Part shown: one piece after another, positions 1 to 10,466 of the stretch | Layout of the letters: every line of letters starts with the position of its first letter | How positions within the stretch are numbered: the first letter of the stretch is position 1 | Origin: Schmidtea nova | Taxonomy: Eukaryota | Assembly: GCA_044892505.1 (NCBI GenBank) | Contig: CM097883.1 | Coordinates: 228,904,001-228,968,000 of the forward strand | Length of the DNA: 64,000 nucleotides | Direction: 5' to 3' | Notes under the pieces: generated by a model | Databases searched by the model: none | Seen by the model: only the letters and a program-made list of their open reading frames with translations | Told to the model about the DNA's origin: nothing | Made by a program: the position numbers and the translations under genes

Positions 1-169
1 GGATAAAAATAAAAATAATGAAAAAGGGGGTCTCATCCTGTGTCCGCGAGGACGCCCACTACTACAAAAGCGGTTGCAATAATCGTTGTCAATTGAGTTT
101 GGTGTGTTTCTCAGTCCTTGTATGATTGTCGGGAGTTGGGTTAGCCAGTTTCTATCATCTGCTTTAGTT

Positions 170-430
170 CTAATACTTTCTTTTAGTGTTTTGTGCAGTC
201 TCGATTTTTCCGTTTGCTTGAGGGTTGTAAGCAGTTGTGCGGTTTCGTTTTATGTTGTATTTATTGCACAGAATACTGAATAAATCTGATTCAAACTGTC
301 TCCCTTCGTCTGTTATCAATATTTTTGGTTGACCGTAGCGAGCTATCCAATTGAATTCGATGTTGCTACTGTTGGGTATTTTGGTTAAGTCGGTGTTTAT
401 CTGACTCCTCAGTAATCTTATTAAAATCAA
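170..430 (-). pseudogene. Ty3/gypsy integrase core fragment
   Basis: ORF contains WIARYGQPKILITDEGRQFES...TTAYNPQANGKIE, covering the second Asp and the Glu of an rve integrase. Both ends are truncated. Confidence 0.85.
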
Positions 431-599
431 TGAACAAGACCCAACAGAAACTTTTATTAATAATCACTCTAATACACAATTTTCTTTATAATTTATTTAA
501 CTGCTTTTCAGTATTTTCGCAAAGGCGCAGGGATATATCTCCCAAAGGCAGATGTCCCTTTCTGGTGCGCGTACTAACAATGAATTTAAATTAGAATCT

Positions 600-1194
600 C
601 ACTGACCTAGTCGTTCTTTATACTTTTCACGCTTCGACCGTACTGGCGGTTTTGCTGATTCTGCCTCTCTTTTTATATGAAATTTTGCGAGTTGATTTAT
701 TTGTTTTTCAAATGGTAAATCGCCCGTTAAAGGTTATTAATCGTCAATTTTTTAATCTCGAAATTCCAATTTACATTTTGAGGCAATTTAGATGCTAATG
801 CCATTTGCCTTCTGCCGGGAACATTAATTTTCAAGGCAATTTACTTGTCACCTCGGGTTCTCCATTGGCTCGGGTTTTACGTTAGCTCGGGCTTTCCATT
901 AGCCAATTAATTCTTAATTAATATTTTAATTTTTTAAAATTATTTCTTTCTGGGACCCCCCATCGATTTTATTTTTATATATTTGAATTCGTCTCATCAA
1001 TCGGCATACACCCATACCAATTTCCCCTGCAATATGTTGATTTTCAATTTTCTTAATTTTTTAATTAGTGTTTTTGTATTTTAATTAATTTGTAGATTTT
1101 TGTGTTTTTATTAATTTCTATTTAACTATTTAAAATTTTTACTTTATTTTTTTAAGTCAGTTATGACAAACCCCAACATACGTACCTCCCCCTT
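600..1194 (-). repeat. LTR-like repeat, family A (copy 1), with polypurine tract
   Basis: Minus strand reads aagggggaggta..TGTTGGGG (PPT, then a TG start at 1178). Internal motifs such as aattggtatgg and gacgaattcaaa recur at 27656-28830 (+) and 47.2-47.76 kb (-). The left boundary is approximate. Confidence 0.55.
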
Positions 1195-1315
1195 ATAATT
1201 TAGTTTCGTCCTCGAATCCATTTTTTTGAGCATTTATCCTATTTTACTATTTATCAATATTATTTCTATTTTATTATTTATTAATCTAATAGCCATATTC
1301 ATCATATATTCATAT

Positions 1316-1319
1316 ACAC

Positions 1320-1396
<77 letters not shown>
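1316..1396. repeat. compound (CA)n(TA)n microsatellite
   Basis: Directly visible. Confidence 0.95.
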
Positions 1397-1398
<2 letters not shown>

Positions 1399-1703
1399 TA
1401 AATATTTGCATATTTTGCATCTTATAGATACGGTCTACTGATTTGTAGTAGCTCTAAGCTAATACCATAATAATACTAATAATATTGATAATTGATAATA
1501 ATAATGATAATGATAATGATGTTACTATTAATAATATTGATAATAACTATAATGAGAATAATAATAATAATAATGATCATAGAAAGTAGGTGTGCATGTG
1601 TCTGAAAGATGTATCAATAATAATGTTTAAACCAACTTTAGGAATGTTAAAAGCCAATTCGATTTATTTAATATATATTGAGTATTAATAGATAATTCAG
1701 TTT

Positions 1704-2297
1704 TTAGTAGACGGAATCTGGACCAATGATATCGAGAGTTGATCTGTACAAACTCTGCGACTGTCTGTATAGATTGATTTCCTGTGCAGATAAATGATGC
1801 ATTGAAAAAGACTGATTGTGATCCAGAGAATTGATTGATAGCGTTGTGAAGTTAGGCATCTCAGATGGGTCCGAATTGAGGTTCATGAGAGGTCCCTTGA
1901 TTGATAAACACATCTCTGTTTGTACAGGTTCTTTTCGCATTTCGACATTGAAAGAATTTTTCAATTTAGAGAACTGACAATTGCTTCTTCTTTGAATGTC
2001 AAATAAACGATAAAAACTTATGCATTCATGGTGTCGAACACGGCATTTGTTGCTATAAACTTTGCAGTCGGGTTCAGATTTTTGTCTTGACGTTTCGATA
2101 CTGATATTGTTGTTGTTCAGTAAAAATGAGTAATTGTGTAGATCTTGGATAAAATGTTGTGAATTCTCAATCATGAAAAATCGGTCGATGTAAATTGAGC
2201 TGTTGACCGAAGACATCGAATCGTTTGAAGTTGCATGCATTTTGTTTGTGTGATCAGCGTGAATATAAAAATATGTGAATATTAAAACAGCGTCCAT
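1704..2297 (-). CDS. hypothetical 197-aa Ser/Asn-rich ORF (possible host exon or orphan gene)
   Basis: A 594-nt open frame that is more GC-rich than its very AT-rich flanks. No motif recognised. Confidence 0.3.
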   Translation of the reverse strand: MDAVLIFTYFYIHADHTNKMHATSNDSMSSVNSSIYIDRFFMIENSQHFIQDLHNYSFLLNNNNISIETSRQKSEPDCKVYSNKCRVRHHECISFYRLFDIQRRSNCQFSKLKNSFNVEMRKEPVQTEMCLSIKGPLMNLNSDPSEMPNFTTLSINSLDHNQSFSMHHLSAQEINLYRQSQSLYRSTLDIIGPDSVY

Positions 2298-3530
2298 TAA
2301 TTATTTTGCTCCATTTAATAATTACTTAAATTAAATTAATTAATTTAAAAAATAAAAGAAATTTATAAAATTGAATATTTAATCTAGGGCACTACACAAC
2401 AATACTTTTTAAAGATTATGCAATTAGATAGCAGACTGAATACTGCTTTGATTGTATGGATTAGTAAACGTTAAAAATCTCAATTTTAACAACAACAAAA
2501 TAGTAGTCTTACAAAGAGAATTATAGTTTTTAATTGCTGTCTATTATGTTGAAAAGCACAAATTTATGAGACAAAAATTATTTTTTTAATCAATATTTCT
2601 TCCATTTTAACTAATTTAATAAAAATTTGAATTTTATTGGAAAATCCTAATTTAATTTTCCGAAAAATCTTTAACTGTATTTAGCAAAAATTATTGATTA
2701 ATTTGTTATTTAGGAAATCTTGAATTTAATTTAAGACTTAATCAGTTTGACGGATGCTAGGCATTTTATTTTATTTATTAGGCCATTAAATGGCTATTTC
2801 ATTATTTTTTTTTCAATTGGCATTTTAATGCCTCTTTTTCTCAATTGGCAGTTAACTTCCTTTAATTAATGGCTGAAATTTCCCTCTTTTTTAAATTATG
2901 AGGCCATTAAATGCCTATGTCATTCAATTAATTAATTTTCTTTTGTTTGCATTTTGATGCCTCAAATTTAATTTCTCAATTGGCAGTAAACTGCCTTTAA
3001 TTTATGGAGGAAATTTTCCCATTTAAAGGGAATTTCAAAGTAATTTTATTTTCTTATTTAAAAATTTTAATTTTTTGCAGTGGATGTTGATATGATATTG
3101 TGCGAAATGGTAAAAACATATATAAATCAAATACAAATTTTAGTCGCACCCTAAAGGGTTATCAAGTTAAATTATTAATAGTTTTCCTTCTGCTTGTTCT
3201 AATATTCGTGATTTATGAAATATTTTTTGAAAAAAAACTTCGGAATTAATTTTCCTTTAAAGGGAATTTCAAGGTATATTTTTTTTATTATTTTATGTTT
3301 ATTTATTAAAAGTTTTAATTTTTTTATTTAAATAATATTTTTTTATTAACGTAATTTTGACGAAAGNNNNNNNNNNNNNNNNNNNNNNNNNNNNNNNNNN
3401 NNNNNNNNNNNNNNNNNNNNNNNNNNNNNNNNNNNNNNNNNNNNNNNNNNNNNNNNNNNNNNNNNNNNNNNNNNNNNNNNNNNNNNNNNNNNNNNNNNNN
3501 NNNNNNNNNNNNNNNNNNNNNNNNNNNNNN

Positions 3531-4113
3531 TCCAGCCAATGTATACATTTACTAGCCAATGCATACATTCACTTCCCATTTCAGTCAAAGCGTTCGCTCA
3601 CTATAGGAATGAACACTTTAACTAGGGAATGCATGCATTAACTAGATAATGTATAAAGTTACTAACCCACTGCAGTCAAAGCGTTAATTGATGAATTTCA
3701 AAGTAAAGTTTTTAAAATTAAATTTTGAAAAATGAAACAGATTAAAGAAGTAACTCAGAAAACACATTAAAATAGATAAACATTTTGTTTACTAAAAAAG
3801 TTTAAACAATACACTATGCAACGTAAAAATTTAAATAACACATAAATAAATATACATTCTATATAAAAGAAAATAAAAATTTAAAACATAAAAATACAAA
3901 AAAATCTAACATAGAAAGAAAAAAACTTGAAACACAAAATATACAAATAAATATAAATAAGAAAAACACTTTGACTAGAGGCAGTCCGTGAATGCATACA
4001 TCCACTAGCAAATGCATTCATTTCGATTATAATGAATACTTTAACTACGGATCTCAGCTAATGTATGCATTGGCTAGTAAATGTACACATTTACTAAATG
4101 AATGCTTTGACTG

Positions 4114-4115
<2 letters not shown>
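3531..4115. mobile_element. non-autonomous TIR element with subterminal degenerate repeats
   Basis: tgcagtcaaagc (3671-3682) and gctttgactgca (4104-4115) are inverted. Short repeats of the aatgtatacatttactag type recur. The element abuts (TA)n on the right and an N-gap on the left. Confidence 0.45.

Positions 4116-4117
<2 letters not shown>

Positions 4118-4189
<72 letters not shown>
4118..4189. repeat. (TA)n microsatellite
   Basis: Directly visible. Confidence 0.95.
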
Positions 4190-4196
<7 letters not shown>

Positions 4197-4253
4197 AACG
4201 ACATATTTTATTGCCTAATTTATTTTATGATTAACGATATTCGAGTACGTTGT

Positions 4254-5083
4254 TGTAAGCGCCGTCATTGTTATGGACGGTGCCTTTGCGGTCACCGTGG
4301 ACTCCCCCTTTTTGTTGGTGTCTGTAAATTTTTTATTATTATTATGATTATTTAGAATTAAATTAATTTAAAAAATTAAATTCAAAATAAAATATCTAAG
4401 GATATAACAAAATAAAAAAATCGATCACAAATTAAAGAGCTAAGAGACAATTAGAAAACAAAAAAACGATCAAAAAGAACCTTGGAAATTGGTAAAAACA
4501 AAAACCAGAAAATCTGAAGACTAAAATAGAATATAGGAAATCGAAAAGAAACAACAATAAAAGAAACAATCTCAATTTGGCCCAATACAATCTCAATCAG
4601 AATTACCATAGGGATTATAAATTAGTTCTCGAATCTTTGGAACATATCTACGACTGTTACCCAGATTTTAGAAACTTAAAATTGAAATACCTAAAAAAAT
4701 AAAGAATCCACAAACTCTATTTCCCAACTCTATTCCTCAAATCAAAAAAATTAATTTAGTTGATCTATCAGGAAAAAAATACTCCAAACCTGAAAACGAA
4801 CAGAAACGCATTCAAATCCACCTGATCACTCCGAAACTCTATAATCCCCCTACAGTAACTTTTGTAAAATTGCATATTTGACATTGGTGATAATAGTTGT
4901 GTTTAGCGTTAATAATTAATTTATTTCAATATTGGTTGTCTTATTTTATTGTATACACTCTAGCACTACAAAGCATACACCCCGAGTGTCGGTACACAGT
5001 TAACGCCGGACTCTCTCGGGCTCTTACATTCTTCTAGAGTCACAAAACAGAATATAACCTTAAACACACATACGTAACATAAA
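4254..5083 (+). repeat. LTR-like repeat, family B (copy 1)
   Basis: Starts TGTAAGCGCCGTCATT and contains gcactaca..caccccgagtgtc...ctctctcggg. Both motifs are shared with the PBS-adjacent LTR at 16586-17453 (-). Ends at an N-gap. Confidence 0.6.
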
Positions 5084-5859
5084 NNNNNNNNNNNNNNNNN
5101 NNNNNNNNNNNNNNNNNNNNNNNNNNNNNNNNNNNNNNNNNNNNNNNNNNNNNNNNNNNNNNNNNNNNNNNNNNNNNNNNNNNNNNNNNNNNNNNNNNNN
5201 NNNNNNNNNNNNNNNNNNNNNNNNNNNNTCGTTGAATATTTATATATTTTTTTTAGATTTCAATAAATATATTAAATAATTAAGCCTTTCCAGCTCACAA
5301 TTCCCAAGCGAAACACAACAATCTTCTAGGTTCATGTCCCCTAATATTGAATGAAATGGTAATCTGGTTTTGTTTATATTTACAAGTTTTTATTGGCTAT
5401 ACAATTTACGAATATAACTGGCCAAAGTTAAAATCGGATATTAATTCTCAATCATGTCAATGTTTCCCTCGTCATTATAATATTTCACCAGTCATATGTT
5501 TAGCATATAAAATAAATGGATTGTTAAATTTGGTTTCTGTCTTTATTACCTACATTTGTCTTGTTATCCATTTAAACAAAAACCGATTTCTAATGAATAT
5601 CATATTTGAAACAAACATTTTATAAGATCTAGTATTTTATACTTTATTTTTGACTCTTACTATCTCATCACACATAGGTAAATCATATTTTTCTATTAAT
5701 TTTAGATATAGCTCAAATATACATTCTTCACCTGGTGCATCCGTTACATCTGCATAATATATTATTTCGCTTTTTGACGGTACATCAACTAATTGACTCA
5801 GTAAAACTTCTTCTACCCCTCAATAACCTCTCCAGTTTGAGCTTTTATCAATTTTCAGG

Positions 5860-6170
5860 TATTTAAATCAAGTGAAATTCCTTTTAACTGCTCCATAACG
5901 TCCATACCAATAAGGGCTTCTTCTCATTACTGTTACTCAGTGAATAATCTCCTGATCTCCAATCTTCAATTTTGCGTTAACTTTTCCTATAATATTTAGC
6001 AGATTATGCGACATTGATTTGATACGCTTATTTGTCGGCCTCATCTCTTTTCTTTCTCGACACGTTAATAATTCCTCTGACACTATAGTATGACTTGAAC
6101 CTGAATCTAATAAAGCTTGCACTCTTCGATCATTAAACAAAACATCGATCCGAGGTTGTTTTCCTCCCAC
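5860..6170 (-). pseudogene. retroviral-type aspartic protease (start of pol)
   Basis: PRIDVLFNDRRVQALLDSGSSHTIVS contains the D-S-G catalytic motif. After a stop and a frameshift comes LIGMDVM, the conserved C-terminal ILG.D motif. Confidence 0.85.
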
Positions 6171-6559
6171 CTTCATTGTCATAAATGCATAACTGCATGG
6201 TAATCCAAGCATATTTTTGCGTTCGATTTCCGCACTCGTTGGTTCAATTTTCTGTGATTCAATTCGAATCTCATCTAATGGTTTCATTTCTTTTAATTTT
6301 TCGTTTGGATATACAGGTGCTGTTGGTACAAATGTTGGAGTATACCATCGGGTTAACGTATGAATTCCGCCTAATTTTGGCATTGGTTCGAGCAAGAACC
6401 TAGTTTCTGTTTCTGTTTTATTTTTCAATATCCCTCTACGAAAATATTTCAAAATGGTATTACCTCCGTCATTGTTATTGTTATGACTATCAATATCTTC
6501 CGATTGACATAATGATTCCTCACTTTTTTGATCCTTTCTCAATTGTGCTCTTACATTTG

Positions 6560-8476
6560 CCATTTCTTTGTATTGATGATTTATTATGAAAAATCTGGCC
6601 AAAAATGGAATACAACCGATAATTATTTTCCATGACCATCCGGAAATAGCGTATATTCTGTGTGCTGACAACACTTGTGATACTATCACTTTCATTGTTA
6701 CTGCAATTACGTAGATTCCAATTAAACCTGCACAAGCTTGCCATAAGAACATAAATTTACCCCAAATCTTTTCCATTGTTTTATATGTGACTCTTTTAAA
6801 ATGATCGGGCGTTAACAAATATTCGTAATTAACTTTTCCTTATCCGTTGGGTAATATTGTATCAACCATTTCTGAAATTACCCTTTCCTTTTTTGATGGA
6901 AATAGCAAGTTTCTTTGAGCCTCTTGGATGTCTTCGCTCGCATACAACCCCATTTGTGCCATTTTATTCAATGACGTAAAATTTACCAAATATTCTAAAT
7001 TTGTTAGCTCTAATTTATCAGGAGTTTTAACTCCTCTGTAGTCAGGTAACGCAATCCATGAATCCGGCGTTAAGCGATATAACGGAGCAAGTAATCGATT
7101 ACATTGTAATATTTTTGGTTTAGCCTGTACTTCGAGCAATATTCGAGTGATTGGTTCCATAAATCGTAACTTACCACCAACACTTAAGGGTAATTCATTC
7201 GTACATTGTTCATATTTCGCAATTTTTACAGCAACTTCCTTACATTTGTAGCTGTACAAAGCTTCTCCAAAAATTCTCGCGAACACGCCACTTTCCGATA
7301 TCAACATTGGTGCTACCAAATTTGGGTTTGTGACTGCCATAACCATCCGATTTCGAAGAATCTCTTTATTTAATTTACAATCATTTAGGATCATTTCCCT
7401 ATATACATTCTCCATGACGTCCTGACTAAAATGGAATAAATAATCAATTTTATTATTAAAAAGTGCGTTAATTTAATGTCGCCTGTAAAAATTTTAGTTT
7501 TTGCGTCTTCAACTATTCCCTTTGAAATATAAACACCTTTATAATTTGTTGCATACACCACTCTTCCACATTTATTAGTAGGTTCCTTTTTTATGAAACG
7601 AATGCCGTCCGTTGGCGATGCTGACATCAATACTGCACTTGTTTGCCTGGTCATTACCGGAATCGATTTAATTGCCTCTTTCGGTTTATAATTCACGGCA
7701 AAACTATCAGGTCTTTCTTTGAATTGTTCTCCAATTATTTCTTTAAAATTCATTGTCTTTAAATGAGCCAAATTACATTTATTTACTTTAACATCATAAA
7801 CTATAATTGATTCGCCCATTTGACAATTTGTCTGTTTCATGTTGCAAAATGGACGTGTTTACAATTTACCTGTATCATCATCAAATGCTCCTGCGAACTC
7901 TCTCAATTCTGTAAGGTACTCCTCTAGTACTACCGTTTTATCCACAATTGTACCATCCATTTTATACGGTTCACCTTCGCAATCACCATTTGCTTTCATG
8001 GTTCCTTTCACAACTACTGTCTCTCTCGTTCTATGATTCAGTTTGGCTTTTAATCGAATTTCCGAACTTATTTTTGATTCTCCGGTTTGAAATGCTGTTA
8101 AACAATTTTCTGGAAAAATTTCAACGGGTCTAGTTATTGCTCTCACTTTTATCAATGACATGTGGCTCCATTTTCCACAATAAAACACAAACGTTGTATG
8201 TTTGACAATATACTCTCTAACTTTAGTTCGTCGTAAGTCTGACTCTTGATACACTTGGTATTTTACATCATTTTCAATTTGTAATTTACTCGGATAGGCA
8301 TCTGGGCATTCTGACATATCTATTACTGAGTAAATCGTTCCCATTTCGGTTTGGGAGCAATCATATGCAACCAATGACGTCGTCTGTGTAATAACTGTAC
8401 ACAAGATAATCATTGTAAACATCAACCATGGGAATATTCCAATTCTCTTTGTTTTCGAACTGACCTTATCACACAA
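6560..8476 (-). pseudogene. chuvirus/Jingchuvirales-like envelope (fusion) glycoprotein
   Basis: Hydrophobic signal WLMFTMIILCTVITQTTS is followed by AYDC..S..D...C, YCGKWSH, GDCEG, CG.V..TNY, C.L....L.N...A..P, GE..Y..KC..V.V, C..ELP, FM.P.TRIL, GLY...D and LFP..K. C-terminal hydrophobic segments are WGKFMFLWQACAGLIGIYVI and GWSWKIIIG. This order and spacing match the chuviral G consensus as I recall it. About 620 aa. Confidence 0.8.
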
Positions 8477-8491
8477 TTTTCTTGTCTCTTC

Positions 8492-8722
8492 CTAATTTTC
8501 TTTTATATCTAGTGGTGGACACAATATCTCCCAACCACCCTTTTCTTTTATCCAATTTATTAAATATTCATTTAGCATCCTGGCTGCCGTATCTATTAAA
8601 TCATCCAACTCTTTCGACTTTACAAACGCATGAGTTCTTATCTCTAAAATCGCATATTTCAAACTCGTCAATACTACTAAACTTTTATTAAATATAACAA
8701 ATTTGATTTTAACAAAACACAA
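8492..8722 (-). pseudogene. Bcl-2 family domain (BH2 region and preceding helices)
   Basis: LDDLIDTAARMLNEYLINWIKEKGGWE aligns with the Bcl-2 BH2 region (..EYLNRHLHTWIQDNGGWD). FNKSLVVL is a weak BH1-position match. A frameshifted BH3-like IIRKA(G)DE lies near 8810-8850. Confidence 0.7.
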
Positions 8723-9014
8723 ATGTTTATAACAGAAAATCTATTCTACATGGAATAGTCCATAAGTTGTTTACACAACTTTTTCTGTGGATTTTATCTG
8801 AATCTTTCTTCGGATATCTTCATCCGGCTTTGCGAATTATCTTAGACTTGAAATTTAGGTCATCGGCCGGTATCTCGCAGAGTCTCTCTATCTACACTCT
8901 AACTCTCCTCAAAATGATTTATATAATTGCACAAACTAGTTTATTAATTTACAAAAGTAATTGAGTTTTTATATACAAAGTTTTATTTTAATTACAAAAA
9001 TTTATTTACATTAA

Positions 9015-10466
9015 TTACGCAAGGTTTGGAATAAAACCTCTAGTATGATGGTACCAGATTTTGGCTGAATATGCAATATTGCTTATAGCACATTCTTTCA
9101 ACAGACCTTTTACTTTGTTCTCTGGGACACCCATTTTAACTAAAAGATCAGAGGTTTTTATGTCAACTGATCCTAAAGAGCCTATTATGCATGTTAATAG
9201 TTCAACTTTGTAATCAGGCTTAACCTTTTGAATGTCTAATTTTAATTGATTATATTTATTTAAATTTAATTTATCAATATGTTCATAGTTAGATACAGAG
9301 TCGATTGGACACTTCATATCAATTAGAAGGATAGTCTTTTTCTCTGTATTTGTGATTATCAAATCAACACGTAAAGTAGAGTTTGGAACAAGAGAGCACG
9401 CGTGATTAACAACTACAATTAAAGCTGGATTTTTGAGCTCTTTACAGATATTTTCAAGACAGGAATTGTGACGACTAGTAGCAAGTGTCTGATTAATTTT
9501 ACAGGTTTGAAAGACATGTAACATTGTCTCGTCTTCTAATTTACAACGACGACAAAGACGTTCCTCGCCAGTTTTAAACGGTTTGGCAAATGTTGAAAGT
9601 GTATTTGTCCGAGCACGATGGATAAATTTCCATTCAAACTCAGTCAAATCACTACGGAAAATTAATTTGTTGACTAATGGGCACAGCTTTATTGCAGATA
9701 TCAGTAAGTTGCTGTTATTACTTTGTTCCCATTTTTCCAAGTAAGAATCTTGAATTGCAGAATGAAGAATCTTAGATACTGCTTTTCTTAAAGTTGGTAA
9801 CAAGATTCTGGTACCAGTGAGAGATGTAGTAAAACGAATCGCAGGTTCACCATTAACAGTTTCAAAAAGTATTTTGATATTGTGAACTCTGCTAAAGTAC
9901 GCGATTGATGTTCGTAGGCGATAGTATCTTGTTTTTCTGCTATTATGACCAGGCTTGCTTTCTTTTCCATTAATCCACTGCAAACTCTGAGAAAGAGTTG
10001 GGTTCTTTACTCCAAGTCTTGGACCTGTCACAAATAACAGTAAATCAGTGTTTATCCTTTTTGAATAACCACAGGTCGACGTTAATAAACGAAAAAAGTA
10101 CACAATTGTTTGCGTGTGATATTCATCTAAAAGATCAATGCATCCAGCTCCTCCATGTTCAACAGAATTATAGAAGTAACTGATCTCAGAGTGATTTGGA
10201 AGATTCAGTATCCTTCGCAACTGACTTATCAATAAGCTGGTATTATTGACATTAATCTTTGGATTTTTATATGGATCAGTAAGAGAGCTGGTTTTGATTT
10301 GGGACGCCCAGATATTGATAAAAGTCATCGTTGGTGATTTTCTTGATATATTTGTTATTGACATGAATTCCGGTAATGGTTTCTGCTTTTGGGTATTAGA
10401 TATAAGCACACTTTTCTGGACGATATTCGAATCCAATTTCCTTGGCAGTATTAACAGACACGTCAA
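9015..10466 (-). CDS. non-LTR retrotransposon C-terminal part: thumb, CCHC zinc finger, restriction-like endonuclease
   Basis: CRRCKLEDETMLHVFQTC (CCHC), RHN, RVDLII...LLIDMKCP (PD..D/ExK-like), K..KY..L. Confidence 0.9.
   Translation of the reverse strand: MTCLLILPRKLDSNIVQKSVLISNTQKQKPLPEFMSITNISRKSPTMTFINIWASQIKTSSLTDPYKNPKINVNNTSLLISQLRRILNLPNHSEISYFYNSVEHGGAGCIDLLDEYHTQTIVYFFRLLTSTCGYSKRINTDLLLFVTGPRLGVKNPTLSQSLQWINGKESKPGHNSRKTRYYRLRTSIAYFSRVHNIKILFETVNGEPAIRFTTSLTGTRILLPTLRKAVSKILHSAIQDSYLEKWEQSNNSNLLISAIKLCPLVNKLIFRSDLTEFEWKFIHRARTNTLSTFAKPFKTGEERLCRRCKLEDETMLHVFQTCKINQTLATSRHNSCLENICKELKNPALIVVVNHACSLVPNSTLRVDLIITNTEKKTILLIDMKCPIDSVSNYEHIDKLNLNKYNQLKLDIQKVKPDYKVELLTCIIGSLGSVDIKTSDLLVKMGVPENKVKGLLKECAISNIAYSAKIWYHHTRGFIPNLA

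Larger units (their letters stand above)
5600..8900 (-). mobile_element. decayed LTR-retroelement segment: Bcl-2-like domain + chuvirus-type glycoprotein + retropepsin
   Basis: ORFs 8492-8722, 7859-8476 and 7391-7840 share one frame, separated by single stops. A 1-nt frameshift occurs in a T-run near 7460. ORFs 6840-7415 and 5937-6818 then share one frame with a single stop. The protease continues past 5937 in degraded form (EALIGMDVM). Boundaries are approximate. Confidence 0.8.

Noticed and set aside
1226-1441. ORFs with IYIYIY or THTHTH runs (also 3992-4355, 17366-17815, 18837-19235, 19437-19640, 50872-51072)
   Set aside because: These are translations of (TA)n and (CA)n microsatellites.
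3299-3641. ORFs containing long X runs (also near 17.6, 21.5, 25.3-25.9 and 27.2-27.7 kb)
   Set aside because: They are open only because they cross assembly gaps.
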